Part shown: piece after piece, positions 1 to 12,539 of the stretch
Layout of the letters: the number at the start of each line of letters is the position of its first letter
Numbering within the stretch: position 1 is the stretch's first letter
NCBI GenBank assembly: GCA_051294375.1
Contig: CM119266.1
Span: 5,755,053-5,819,052, forward strand
Reading direction: 5' to 3'
DNA length: 64,000 bases
From: Paraspadella gotoi
Taxonomy: Eukaryota; Animalia; Chaetognatha
Position numbers and translations under genes: made by a program
Notes under the pieces: model-generated
The model's database searches: none
Told to the model about the DNA's origin: nothing
The model's input: the letters and a program-made list of their open reading frames with translations, nothing else

Positions 1-1252
1 CAACTTCTATGGAACAGGCGAGATCAGGAACTATTTAAAATGACGACCGAAAATCGAAAAAAAAGGAACAAATTGTAAAACTGGACAAATATTCATCCGA
101 AAAGACAATACGGTATTTTTTTGAATGGAGAAAACTGAGATTAGAATGACAAAGTAAAATGACTAAATTTCCTTTCGTTATCGTTGACAAGAATTTCACC
201 GAGCACATTTGTCAGAATATAACATAGTAGCAATCACAAGGTTGTAGAAGTGCGAGTGTCAATTCTTCTCTCTCCTCCATCGGCGCTTTAAACGAGGTTC
301 GTCGTTGTGTCGTTCATTTTCCACAAAATCGACGAGATGTTTGATTACAAGAAAAAACAAACAAAAACGAAAAGAGGGGATGATTCGGCGAATACGCGAA
401 AAGAGGGATTAGACAGTAGAAAAGCTGCGAAAAATCCATAGGAGAGAGGAGAGAGAAGAGGATCAGGAGAGAGAGAGAGAGAGCAGAAAGAGAGACAGAG
501 AAGAAAATGAAGGAAGGGGTTTAGCGTGTCGGAAAAGTAAAGGTAGGGTCTGATAATTCGGCGTCTGCGAAAGATCATGTAAACTCCAAAAGGGACGGGC
601 AAACACGTACGAACGAACGAGGGTAAGAAAAACAAAGTGAAAGAGAAAAGCGGGTAAGGAAAGAGAAGGGGAATGCGCTGATGTGTATTTTTAATCCGCG
701 CGGTCTTTGCCAAACATCTTACAACAAGAGGGGGCGAAGGAAAGGAATCAGAGGGGCGGGAACATTTTCGGGCCTCGAAAGCAAAAAAAATTTCATTACT
801 CCGCTATGTTAGGCAATTCGGCCGCCGTATTTAGTTGAGAGGCTAATAAATTTGATATAAAGATAAAAGCAAAAAAATTAAAATTGGTACTTACGTACTG
901 ATTTCGCGCGAAATAGTTTCGAAGGCGAAATTGTTTTAGGGAGGAAAAAAAAATTGAGGAGAAGTAATTAATTTAATAAGCTGTAGTTTGTGACAATCAA
1001 CTATTCAAACCGCCACGGACAATCACGGAAATATTTCCTTTGCGGGAGTCCTCTAAAAAGGATGAAAGGAAGGAGAAGGAGAGAGGAGAGAGAGAGAGAG
1101 AGAGAGAAACGATATGAAAGGGGGGGGAGCGTTTGAGCCTCCCCTCTTAAAGGGCACGAGTTAATTTCCGGCGCGGCTCTTGGCTCGCGACGCCGATCGC
1201 GTGCCTTTTCCTTTTCACTTTATCTTTGCCTCTCTCTCTCTCTCTCTCGTCT

Positions 1253-1285
<33 letters not shown>

Positions 1286-4200
1286 CTTTTCTCTAACTTT
1301 TTTGTATCGCTCAATCGATTACCTGGCTTTTTTCCCCTAAGAACCTAAGACGACGCATGTTTGGAATGTGCGAGGGGGGAAGGAGCGGGGGAGGGTGAAA
1401 GGGAGATGGTGAGGAGGGGGAGAATGCGAGTTGTTGAAATGTAAAATCTTACTTGTTCAAAACTTCGGCCTCTTTTTAGCGGCGTAAAGCAGTGGAATAC
1501 TAAAACTTCATTGAATGCACGTCTTTCGTTTATAATAAATTAGGCACGATGGCAAGAAAGCAACGTTTATTAGTATTGCCGAAAAACGACAGGATCACGC
1601 ACAAAATTTTGCTTAAAAGAAAAAAAAAATGAAAATACTTACTCCCTGCATTGAGATTCCAATGAATGAACGGTGTCGGCAACGGAGACCCAAAAAATAT
1701 CCAGGTTGGTGGGAAGGAAAAAAAAAAAAAAAAGAGGTGGAGACGAGAAAAAGCATAAAAATTTAATAACCTTGAACAACCAATAACATTCATCTTAATC
1801 TCGCCAAAATCGATTCTCGCATCCTTGTCACGACGCTGTTACACGTTTCTAACCATGATCCCCCCAGTCGGTGAATATCATTCATCAGCGTCAGAACACA
1901 CAACACAAAGCCGCGAAAAAAAAAAGAAAAGAAAATTCAGAAGTTATTTGCAATTATTTCCGATTTTTTTCTTCTTTTTTTTTTTTTGCCTCGCAACCTC
2001 CCGCACACAAAAAAATTACGTGGAAACGAAGTCTCTCTCTTTCCTGGTCTCTGTCTTTTTCTCGTTTTTATGCATATCTCTCTCTCTCTCTCTCTCTCTC
2101 AGCTCATTTACTCAACAAAAGGCCTTTCGAGTCGGAGGCCCCTCTTTGTTTTTTCGCGTCTCTTTTACTGCGCGGAGTATTTTCCGGTGATGATTCGGGA
2201 AGAAGTTGGAACAAAAGAGTCAGTGGAGGGGGGAAGGGGGAGAGAGAGGCGACAAAAGGAAAAGGGCCGCCCTGCCCGCCCCAAAGGCCTCTGCCCGCCC
2301 TAGACGGTCCTCGGCCCGCTCCGTCGCGACCGTCCCGATGGAGGGGCGAGAAAGGAGAAGCGGACGAAGGGGAAAATATCGGGCGACGCCCGAGGATCTA
2401 AGAATGAAAGGTGGAGAGACAGAGAGAGAGAGAGACAATAGAGAGAGGAAAGAGACAAAGAGACAAAAGAGAGAAGAGACAGAAACAAAGGGAGGAGAGA
2501 ACAACTCTGGTTTCCATTGCGATTTGGCGAAGGATGGAATCGTGAATGAGACGCCGAAATGCGTTTCAAGGTTTTTTTTTAAATTCGTAAAAATGAAAGA
2601 AAAAAACCCACTGATTTTGGGATTTTGGAATTTAGGTTTCTTGTTAGATTAGATTATTTCGAGTAAGCTAGTTTCGTTATATTTTAAATATAATTTTTTG
2701 TTCTAAAAACGAAATTTTAGCAAATCAAAAGAAACAACAATAATTACAATGAAAAAAATTTAGAAAGTGAGGTTTACTAGAATAAAAGCTTAAAAACGAA
2801 ATGGCTAAAACTACGCAACATTTAAAATTTAAAAAAAAATAGAGATCCAAAAACTTACCGAGATGAAATCCTGAAGAAATGTCAAAAAAGGAAGGCAAAG
2901 AAAAAATTAATTAGCCTCGGTTCCATTGTGTCAGAGACTCGCGGCCAGGTATGAGGTAACCGCGCTCAGCTCTGAAAGACTCTTTAAAAAAAGGTAGGAG
3001 AGTCAGACATCTCCAACCTTCATTCATGGCAGAAACAAAAATCCCATCCATCAAATCATACCTCAACAATTGCGAGGTTATAATTGATAGTAATTCAGAA
3101 AAAAAAATAAAAAGAAAAACCAGACGTAAGTTCCTTCAACACACTACGGACAATATATAATAACGAAGCGAGCGTAATTGACCCGGCGCCCAAGCGCTGG
3201 GAAAAGAATGGAATAAAAGACAGAAACATAACGAACGCCCCCCGTGCAAATCAGCTCTTTGTTTCATTATCTACGGCACCGTGGACTAAAGTCAGCGCTG
3301 GTTTTGGTCTTTTTTAAAATACGAAACTAATTCGAAGGTCGGGGAGTCCCCTTCGTTTATCGCGAGCCATTCTTCGATTGATATCTCTCGAAACAAAAAA
3401 CAGCTGCTTGACGCTTTCAGTGAAGAGATATTTATTTTAAACATATGGCGGAGACCATTGGGCGATTTAGATAATTGGCTAATAGCAGATACCCCATTTG
3501 ACTATTTTTTTTTACTTGGGGGTCTTTAATTTCTACTTAAGACTTAATTCGCGGTTTAATAGTATAAGACGTACTGAATTTCAGCGCTGCGATTCGTCAT
3601 TGCAGACTGGAAGACTTCTCCCCCCCTCGCCCCCTCCCAAGAGAGAGATGGTTAAATCCCTTCGTGACCTAAAGTTCNNNNNNNNNNNNNNNNNNNNNNN
3701 NNNNNNNNNNNNNNNNNNNNNNNNNNNNNNNNNNNNNNNNNNNNNNNNNNNNNNNNNNNNNNNNNNNNNNNNNNNNNNNNNNNNNNNNNNNNNNNNNNNN
3801 NNNNNNNNNNNNNNNNNNNNNNNNNNNNNNNNNNNNNNNNNNNNNNNNNNNNNNNNNNNNNNNNNNNNNNNNNNNNNNNNNNNNNNNNNNNNNNNNNTGT
3901 TTGCTTTTTGAAATTTCGCGGTTTATCTCGTGTTCGTCGAGTACCTTTTAGAAGACGGTAATGGGCATTAAAATGAATGTAGCCTTAAAAGTATTTCGGG
4001 TGACAAATAAAAGGGACATGGCCTCGGCATAATAAAGGTGATTATTCATTCTTGTTAAGTAAACCCTTTTCGTGACACTAAAAGTTCGGGAGGGGGCGAT
4101 AGGGGCGGAAGTCTTCCAGGTCTGCAATGAGAATCGGCAGCGCTAGAAATTCAAGTACGTCTTATACTATTACAAACCCGAATTAAGTCTTAAGTGAGAA

Positions 4201-6486
4201 ATTAAAGACGCCCCAAGTAAAAAAAAATTAGTCAAGAGTGGGTATCTGCTATTAGCCAATTATCTAAATCGAACCCAATGGTCTCCGCCCATATTGTTTA
4301 AAATAAATATCTTCTTCAACGAAAGCGTCAGCGCTGTTTTTTTGTTTCGAGAGAACAATCGAAGAATGGCTGCGATAAACGAAGGGGACTCCCGACCTTC
4401 GAATTAGATTCGTATTTAAAAAAAGACAAAACCAGCGCTGACTTTAGTCCACGTGCCGTTAGATAATGAAACAAAGCGCTGATTTGCAACGGGGGCGTTC
4501 GTTATGTTTCGTGTTTTATTCCATTCTTCCCAGCGCTTGGGCGCCGGTCAATTACGCTCGCTTCGTTAATTATATATTGTCCGTAGTGGTGTTGAAGGAA
4601 TTACGTCTGGTTTTTCTTTTTATTTTTTTTTCTGAAATTACTATCAATTATAACCTTCGCCAATTGTTGAGGTATGATTTTGATTGGATGGGATTTTTTG
4701 TTCCTGCCATGAATGAAGGTTGGAGATGTCTGACTCTCCTACCTTTTTTTAAAGAGTCTTTCAGTAGCTTGAGCGGCGGTTACCTCAACCTGCGCCGCGA
4801 GTCTCTGACACAATAGAACGAGGCTAATTTAATTTTTCTTTGCCTCCTTTTTTGACATTGTCTTCAGGATTCATCTCGGTAAGTTTTTGGATCTCTATTT
4901 TTTTTTAAATTTAAATGTTGCCGTAAGTTTTAGCCATTTCGTTTTTAGCTTTTATTCTAGTAAACCTACACTTCTAATTTTTTCAATTGTAATTATTGTT
5001 GTTTCTTTGATTTGGCTAAAAATTTCGTTTTTTAGAACAAAAAATTATATTTAAAAATATAACGAAACTAGCTTACTCGAAATAATTAATTCTATGGATA
5101 CAAATCCTAAATTCCAAAAGTCCCAAAATCAGTGGCGTTTTTTTCTTTCAATTTTACGATTTTAAAAAAAAACCTTGAAAACGCATTTCGGAGACCGTCT
5201 TCATTCACGAATTCCAAGTCCTTCGCCAAATCTGCAATGGAAACCAGAGTTGTTCTCGGTCGCTTTCCATTTGTTTCTGTCTCTTCTCTCTTTTTGTCTC
5301 TTTGGTCTCTTTCCTCTCTATGTCTCTCTCTCTCTCTGTCTCTCCACGCTTTCATTCTTAGATCCTCGGCGTCGCCCGATTATTTTTCCCCTTCGGTCGC
5401 TTCTCTTTCTCGCCCCTCCATCGGGACGTCGCGACGGACGGGCCGAGGACCGTCTTAGGGCGGGGCAGAGGGCCTATTTGGGGCGGGCAGGCGGCCCTTT
5501 TTCCTTTTGTCGCCTCTCTCTCCCCTCTTCCCCCTCCACTGACCCTTTTTGTTCCAACTTCTTCCCGAATCATCATCCGTGAAAATTACTCCGCGCAGAA
5601 AAAGGAGGACGCGAAAAAACAAAGAGGGGCCTCCGACTCGAAAGGCCTTTTGCTTGAGTAAATGAGTACGAGAGAGGAAGAGAGAGAGAGGAGAGAGAGA
5701 GATATGCAATAAAACGAGAAAAGACAGAGACCAGGAAGAGAGAGACTCGGTTCTCCACGCTAATTTTTTTTGTGGCGGGAGGTTGCGAGGCAAAAAAAAA
5801 AAAAGAAGAAAAAATCTGGAATAATTCAAATAACTCTAGAATTTCTTTTCTTTTTTTTTTCGCGGCTTTGTGTTGTGTGTTCTGACCGCTGATGAATGAT
5901 TATTCACCGACTGGGGGGATCATGCTAGAAAACGTGTAACAGCGTCGTGACAAGGATGCGAGAATCGATTTTGGCAGAGATTTAAGATGAATGTTATGGT
6001 TGTTCAAGGTTATTAAATTTTTTGCTTTTCTCGTCTCCACCTCTTTTTTTTTTCTTTTCTTCCTTCCCACCACCTGGATATTTTTGGGTCTCCGTTTGCC
6101 GCACCGTTCATCATTGGAATCTCAAATGCAGGGGAGTAAGTATTTTCATTTTTTTTCTTTTAACAAAATTTGTGCTGATTCCTGTCGTTTTTTTCGGCAA
6201 TACTAATAAACGTTGCTTTCTGCCATCGTGCCTAATTTATTATAATTACGAAAGACGTGCATTCAATGAAGTTTTTAGTATTCCACTGTTTACGCCCTAA
6301 AAAGAGGCCGAAGTTTTGAACAAGTAAGATTTACATTTCAACAACTCGGATTCTCCCCCTCCTCAACCATCTCCCTTTCACCCTCCCGCCGCCTTCCCCC
6401 CTCGCACATTCGCAACATGCGTCGTCTTAGGTTCTTAGGGGAAAAAACCAGGTAATCGATTGAGCGTACAAAAAGTTAGAGAAAAG

Positions 6487-6523
<37 letters not shown>

Positions 6524-7780
6524 CGAGAGAGAGAGAGAGAGAGACAAAGATAAATGGAAAAGGAAAGGCACGCGAATCGCCGTCGCGAGCGCAAGGAGCC
6601 GCGCCGGAAATTAACTCGTGCCCTTTAAGAGGGGAGGCTCAAACGTCCCCCCCCTTTCATATCGGACTTTTCCTCTTCCTTCTTCTCTCTCTCTCTCTCT
6701 CTCTCTCTCTACCTCCTTAGAGCTCCCGCAAAGGAAATATTTCCTCGTGATTGTCCGTGGCGGTTTGAATAGTTGATTGGTTCACAAACTACAGCTTAAT
6801 TAAATTAATTACTTCTCCTCCAATTTTTTTTTCCTTCCCCTAAAACAATTTCGCCTTCGAACTATTTCGCCGAAATCAGTACGTAAGCTACCGAATTTTA
6901 AATTTTTTTGCTTTATCTTTATATAAATTTTATTAGCCTCTCAACTAAATACGGCGCGATTGCCTAACATAGCGAGTAATGAAATTTTTTTGCTTTTCGA
7001 GGCCCGAAAATTGTTCCCGCCCCTCGATTCCTTTCCTTCGCCCCCTCTTGTTGTAGATGTTTGGCAAAGACCGCGCGATAAAATACACATCAGCGCATTC
7101 CCCTTCTCTTTCCTTACCGCGTTTCTCTCCTTTCACTTTGTTTTTCCTTACGCCTCGTTCTGTTCGTACGTGTTTGCCGCGTCCCTTTTGAGTTTTACAT
7201 GATCTTTCGCAGAACGCCGAATTATCAGACCCTACCTTTACTTTTCCGACACGCTAAACCCCTCCTTCATTTCTTTCTCTGTTCTCTCTTCTGCTCTCTC
7301 TCTCTCTCTCCATGTTCTCTTCTCTCTCCTCTCTCCTTGGAATTTTTCGCAGCTTTTCTACTGTCTAATCCCTCTTTTCGCGATTCGCCGAATCATCCCC
7401 CTTTTCGTTTTTGTTTGTTTTTCTTGTATCAAACATCTCGTCGATTTTGTGGAATGACGCACACAACGACGAACCTCGTTTAAAGCGCCGATGAGAAGAG
7501 AGGAGAAAGAATTGACACTCGCACTTCTACAACCTTGTGATTGCTACTAATGTTAATATTCTGGAACAAATGTCTAAAATCTTGCAACAGAATAAACGAA
7601 AGGAATTTAGTCATTTTACTATTGTCATTCTATCTCAGTTTTCTCCATTCAAAAAAATACACCGTATTTGTCTTTTCGGATGATAATTTGTCCAGTTTTT
7701 TACATTTTGTTTCCTTTTTTTTCGATTTCGTCGTCATTTTTAAAATAGTTCCTGACATCTCGCCTGTTCCATAGAAGTTG
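1..7780. repeat. Large inverted duplication: 1..~3638 versus ~4087..7780, hinged near N gap 3678-3897
   Basis: Window start CAACTTCTATGGAACAGGCGAGA is the reverse complement of 7758-7780; arms are colinear with scattered 1-bp indels. Confidence 0.95.
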
Positions 7781-8567
7781 CAGTTCAGTTTGACCTGAAA
7801 AATGACCCTTTTCGCTTCCGACTATCGAAGCAAACCGCTTTTCTCTCTCCCCCTTCTTCTCTCTCCCCCCAACCCCCTTCAGCCTTTTTTTCATTTTTAT
7901 TTAAACGAGAGATTTTAAAGTTCGTCGCCTTTCATTTTCACTCCATCTCTCTCATTTTTTTTCCCGACAAAAGAGAAAAATATAAAAAGCCACTTACTTT
8001 CATTTTAGCCAATGTCGGATTGCTGCTCAACATTCTGGCCATTGGGTGATAATCGGCAGTCGCCGCCAAAACCAACCAAGTTCTTTGCTCCTTCGACAAC
8101 TGGTGAGGAAAAGAGGAAATGTGACAATTCTCCCGCCCTTAACTTCTTCGGGCGAGTGCATTCACCCAAGCATGCCGAATCACAGTATGTCAACCTCGAC
8201 CGTAATTGTTTGTTTTTATTTCGAATGGAAAATAAAATTGATTCAGTTAAAAAAAAATGCACCTGTTTCTGATACGAGACAAATAATTTGTGAAAATGAT
8301 ATCGGACTTATACAAAATAAGTAATGCGATTATCGTGTCAGAATAAAAAAAAATAATAATAATAAAAGTAAACGGTAGCCATTTGTGCATTTCATCCCGT
8401 AGTAGGTGCTTTATTAATTTGTGGTTTCGTATAAAAATATCGCGTGACCAACCTTTAGTCCACTAAATAACAACGACTGCAGCTGTTATCGAACAAGTTC
8501 AGTTAAAATATATATCTTAATTTGACATGAAAATTAACAATATATATTTAAATTGTATGAGACTCAC

Positions 8568-8621
8568 TTCGATGGATCCCGACGAATGTCCGTCGTCGTC
8601 GATCCCCGATGACCTCTCGCC
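8568..8621 (-). CDS. Sowah: Sowah exon 9 (GERSSGIDDDGHSSGSIE), followed by an intron running past the window start
   Basis: TTCCAG acceptor, GTGAGT donor, 54 nt, phase 0-0. Confidence 0.72.
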
Positions 8622-9520
8622 CTGGAATGAAGGTAAGGAGGAAAAGGTGAGTTAAAGGTAAGAAGATAAAGGTAATCGGAGATTAAAGAAATCCGGGCTT
8701 TGTTGGAATAGACCTCAAAACTGACCACAAAAACCACAAAACAGACTACAAAAATTTTTAAAAGACTTCAAAAAATTATAGCGACAAAAAAATTTAAAAA
8801 AATTCAAAAAGGTATCAAGACAAAAAGCAAAACTAAAATAACATCAAAGATATTAAATTAGTAATAACATAAGAAATAAAACGGTCAAATACAAAGTTTG
8901 AGAAAGCAGGAATAAAAAAAGTCTTCCCTCCCCCCTGCCCCCCCCCTCACCGTCGTCTTCCTCTGAGGAGAGGACTGTTTCTGAATATCGATCTCCGACT
9001 GAATCTTGTTCAGTTTCTGCGCTCGTTCTTTGACGCTGACTACGGAGTTTTCGTCCCCGTCACCGAGCGGCGAGCCCGGCCGTCGACGGCGTCGCGTCTT
9101 AAGCAAAGAAAAGCGTCGTTTCAAAGTGACGGTCACGTGATACAGGACGTTTTTTTAAAGTAAAATCATTTACCTGACAAATCGGCGGCGCTGCCGGTCG
9201 TCACGGATTCTGATCCGATACTCATGTCTTCCGGAGAAGCTAGCGTCGCATCCTGGGTTTTCAAAAAAAAATCCACATTAAAATCGTTTAAAACCAAAAT
9301 TTTCATTTTCTTGAATTTTTTTTAATAAACTGTCCTCCGTATCTGTGTGTGGCTTTTCCCCTCCAACACCCGCCCCCGCAAAGAGTCGTAATTGACTTAC
9401 TCCTTGGGCGATCGTATTAACTTCCTTTAAAGGAAGCCTTTGTTTGGTGTGAGGATGCGGCGTCGGAGTTTCCTTTAAAGAGAGAGAAAAGAAGAAAAAA
9501 CCGTTGTGAAACTGAGAGCG

Positions 9521-9569
<49 letters not shown>

Positions 9570-11590
9570 CAGACCAGCATCGAGCGTCAAAACCGGATTA
9601 AACCGCAAACGACAGCTTAGTACCAATAAAAAGTAGGAGAAAAAAAAGAGGCAAGCAACAACAAAAATTCAAACAAGTTCGTGCACGTAAAAAAAACGTG
9701 TTACACGCCTAAACGACTTAGCGGATCATTGGTGTACTGAGTTACTGTATGTACACTCGGCCAATATTTTTTTTTTCGGCTTTGCTTCTGATTTCCTTTG
9801 AAAAACCTTTCAATAATAGCGTTACATAATCTACTTGTTCTCAACGGTTTACCAGTTTAACATTCATTACCTCAACAATTTTTCGTCTTTATTTCTTTAC
9901 AACTAATTGTGTATCTCGCAATCAACTTTATCTGGTCGTTATGATCAAAGTTATTTGCCTAGAATGCACACCAAAATTAAAAACAAAATTGATATAAAAA
10001 ACAACCAAAAGTCCGAAGAAAAGCGCGATTTAATACCGCGACGGTTTGAAAGTGGAGCGAAGAGAGAACTTCGGATAAGAGAGAATCTGAGAAGCCGAAT
10101 GAACCGAATGGCTCGTCCGGGTGTGCCGGGTCTTCATTGGCTTCGTTCTCTTCGGGAGTCACGGGGATTCTAGATTCATACTGGATATTTCAAGGTAATA
10201 GGGACATGATATACGCTTTTAAAAAGATATGAATATCATGTATCATGAATGTAAATAGGAAATACGAAAGCGATTTCGTCAGATATAAATTTTATCATTT
10301 AATCTGTCAGGTTCTTTTGATACCTTTCCCTAATGGATAAATAGTAAAAATGCAAGAAGTAGACCCAAGATAAAAATAATTTCCCACCTTCGAAACATCA
10401 CCCCCACTATCACCGTCAACTTCAGATCCTCACCCTGGACGAGTTGGAAGCGGCGGACCGGACCGATCCAGACCGCGAGGTCTTGCGCGGGGGCGGAACC
10501 GGCGACGGATCCGAGGCGCCGGATGACGGCGACGTGACGGGGGCGGGTGACGGCGACGTCCGCGGAGTTTTGACGAATAAGTCTTCGTAGGAAGGAAGAG
10601 GAACTCGAGGCGACGACGAACTCGTTTGTTTCGTGCGAGACGCGGGAAGACGAGGAGGCGTAGCGGTCTCAGTCTCTTCTGGTAAATGAGAATTAGTTAT
10701 ATAAGTTGATATAACTCGGCCAAGAAAATGATGCCGATAATAATATAATATAATATAATCTTAGCAATTTGATGTTCACCAAAAAACAAGTTGAAATAAA
10801 AATTATTCTCTTCAACATAAAAAAAATAAAATAATGAAGAAATATTAAAAAATATTATCTAGTAATTTAGTAAATTAGGTAATTTTCAATTTTCATAAAG
10901 GGATTTCTCACCCGCGATTCGAGACGCCGGTCGATCCTGAAATGACGCCGGAGGTTGAGCCACGATTTCATCAACGACGCCCTCGTCGATTGCGTCATTA
11001 CTGGGCACTCCGGAGCCGACGCCCACTCGAGGTTCGTTGAAGGCGGAAAGTACATCGTCCAAAAGAGAAGAGGAAAAGTCTGGCGGCGGCGGCGAGGCTT
11101 CCGGTTGAAACTCGGCCTTCAAGACGAGGAACTTTTCGCCAATCTGAGGGGGAATAAAATCAACTTTTTAATGTCAAAACAGTTTTTAAAGTTTTAAACG
11201 ATATTTTCAATTACCTCAGAAGTTTGAATGGAGGCGACTTTATTAACGATGGATTTAAGCAGTTCTCGCGATTTTTCTGAAGGAAAAACCAATTGCATCA
11301 GTTGTCATCCTAAAAAGCTCCTTTAATCTCAAATTTAAACGTATCATCGCTTGCCATCAGTCAATTCGAACAGTGAATTCCTTACTTTCTTCGAATCAGA
11401 AACTACACCTCTTCCTTACAAACAAGTTTTCTCGCGAATTCGTTCATTTCAATTCCTTACCTTTCTCCGCCTGGGTCAGGGAAGGGTTCCGGAAGTGAGT
11501 CACGAGCTGTTTATTCGTGACTTGTCCTCCGTTGTCCACGAAAAAGGCACAAACGTCTTCCTCGGTGACGCATCGCGTTGGAGCAGCCAT
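8568..11590 (-). CDS. Sowah: Sowah (sosondowah, ankyrin-repeat protein) gene, 5' portion, 9 coding exons (~388 aa); ankyrin exons not in window
   Basis: Exons 11590-11461, 11276-11215, 11143-10912, 10678-10434, 10180-10037, 9472-9401, 9252-9174, 9097-8951, 8621-8568 join by GT-AG with consistent phases (one 1-bp insertion near 9076 must be assumed). N-terminus MAAPTRCVTEEDVCAFFVDNGGQVTNKQLVTHFRNPSLTQAEKEKSRELLKSIVNKVASIQTSEIGEKFLVLK matches the Sowah N-terminal domain (GGxVxNxxLVxHF...RxxFKxxVNxxA...KYxVLK). Adjacent to Irx as expected from known synteny. Confidence 0.88.
8951..9097 (-). CDS. Sowah: Sowah exon 8 (...SVVSVKERAQKLNKIQSEIDIQK...), apparent 1-bp insertion near 9076
   Basis: SVKERxxKxN motif recalled from invertebrate Sowah; GTGAGG donor; removing one G from GCCGGGCTC gives DATPSTAGSPLGDGDEN in frame. 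Confidence 0.75.
9174..9252 (-). CDS. Sowah: Sowah exon 7 (DATLASPEDMSIGSESVTTGSAADLS)
   Basis: CAG acceptor, GTAAAT donor, phase 0 to 1. Confidence 0.7.
9401..9472 (-). CDS. Sowah: Sowah exon 6 (ETPTPHPHTKQRLPLKEVNTIAQG)
   Basis: Long pyrimidine tract plus AAG, GTAAGT donor, 72 nt, phase 0-0. Confidence 0.65.
10037..10180 (-). CDS. Sowah: Sowah exon 5, symmetric phase 0-0 and possibly a cassette exon (YESRIPVTPEE...FSDSLLSEVLSSLHFQTVA)
   Basis: CCAG acceptor, GTATTA donor, 144 nt open; overlaps ORF 9977..10162. Confidence 0.6.
10434..10678 (-). CDS. Sowah: Sowah exon 4, Ser/Pro-rich (PVPPPRK)
   Basis: CAG acceptor, GTGAGG donor, phase 1 to 0, open frame. Confidence 0.75.
10912..11143 (-). 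CDS. Sowah: Sowah exon 3 (IGEKFLVLKAEFQ...PASRIA)
   Basis: CAG acceptor, GTGAGA donor, phase 0 to 1; overlaps ORF 10886..11122. Confidence 0.85.
11215..11276 (-). CDS. Sowah: Sowah exon 2 (EKSRELLKSIVNKVASIQTSE)
   Basis: AG acceptor and GTAATT donor, phase 1 to 0; conserved RxxxKxxVNxxA. Confidence 0.85.
11461..11590 (-). CDS. Sowah: Sowah exon 1 (MAAPTRCV...GGQVTNKQLVTHFRNPSLTQAEK)
   Basis: ATG at 11590, donor GTAAGG, phase 1; Sowah N-terminal motif. Confidence 0.88.
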
Positions 11591-11947
11591 TTTTCTTGTT
11601 TACTTTCTGATCTTGAGCTGCGCGTCGCTGATTGGCTGAGGAGAAGGCGGAGGAATTTGAATGAGATCAAGAACAGACTGCAAGGAAGAAGAAGAGAGAG
11701 AAAAATAGAGGAAGAGCAATCTTGAAGCGCTGACGAATTCAATTTGCTAAATTTCCGTATTCTTTATTATTATTTATATTCCTACCTCGCTATGAGCTAC
11801 ACAGTGCGGTGGCTTATTCCATAGCTGATCAAAAAAAAGAACAAATTCTCACTGTTCTTTTAATAAAAAAAACTTTTCATGGCTAACGAGAAATTTTTCT
11901 ACTTTTCGAAAAAGTAAGAGAAGGAAAATTTAAAAAAATATATTTAA

Positions 11948-12178
11948 AACTTTTATAATGAAATTGGTACAACCAATATAAAAATTATCCATCCATTTAA
12001 TAAATAAGCTATCTTGTCCCTGACTTTGGACAGGCTTAGGTGGTTTAAGGCCTCCATCACTCTTGCAAGATAATAACATAACAGGTTTCTGCAAGCTTTT
12101 AATCAAGCCTCTCTCACAGACTTGTTTATTCACTCCCAGTGAACCTGGCTTCCCTATCAATGAAGTGGTATAATATTT
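11948..12178 (+). mobile_element. ~220-bp dispersed repeat, copy A (SINE- or MITE-like, unclassified)
   Basis: Core AAGCTATCTTG..CTGACTTTGGAC...TCTCTCACAG...GTTTATTCACTCCCAG..ACCTGGCTTCCCTATCAATGAAGTGGTAT is shared with other copies in the window. Confidence 0.8.
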
Positions 12179-12539
12179 CAAAGAATGTTTCAATTGAATG
12201 AAAAGAAAAGAGAAGATAATTTTTAAAGTTTTTTTCAGAAAACAACGTAAAAGTACATTGTAAAACTAGCTAAATACGAATAAAAACAGTGAAAAACCCT
12301 TCGTAGAAAATAAATTGCTTAAATTAATTAGATTAACTATTTGATTTTAAAGGTGTTAGCTTGACCCTCATTTCTTGTACGACTTCCAGTCTTCCTAACC
12401 TAACAACGGATTATGCTATCAACAGCTTCTTTCACCTTTTGATTTTTAAGTTGCAATATTTTGAGTACAAGTATTCTTCGATTTCGTGATGACGTATTTT
12501 AAGTTTTAAACAGTAAGCCTTCAATGGGATATTGGCCAT

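Noticed and set aside
1825-2652. Stack of ORFs on both strands, mirrored at 5107-5829
   Set aside because: Low-complexity ERER/SLSL translations inside a duplicated arm; frames are not preserved between the two copies.
10388-10433. Extension of Sowah exon 4 to the GTGGGA donor
   Set aside because: Contains an in-frame TGA; the GTGAGG donor at 10433 gives a consistent phase.
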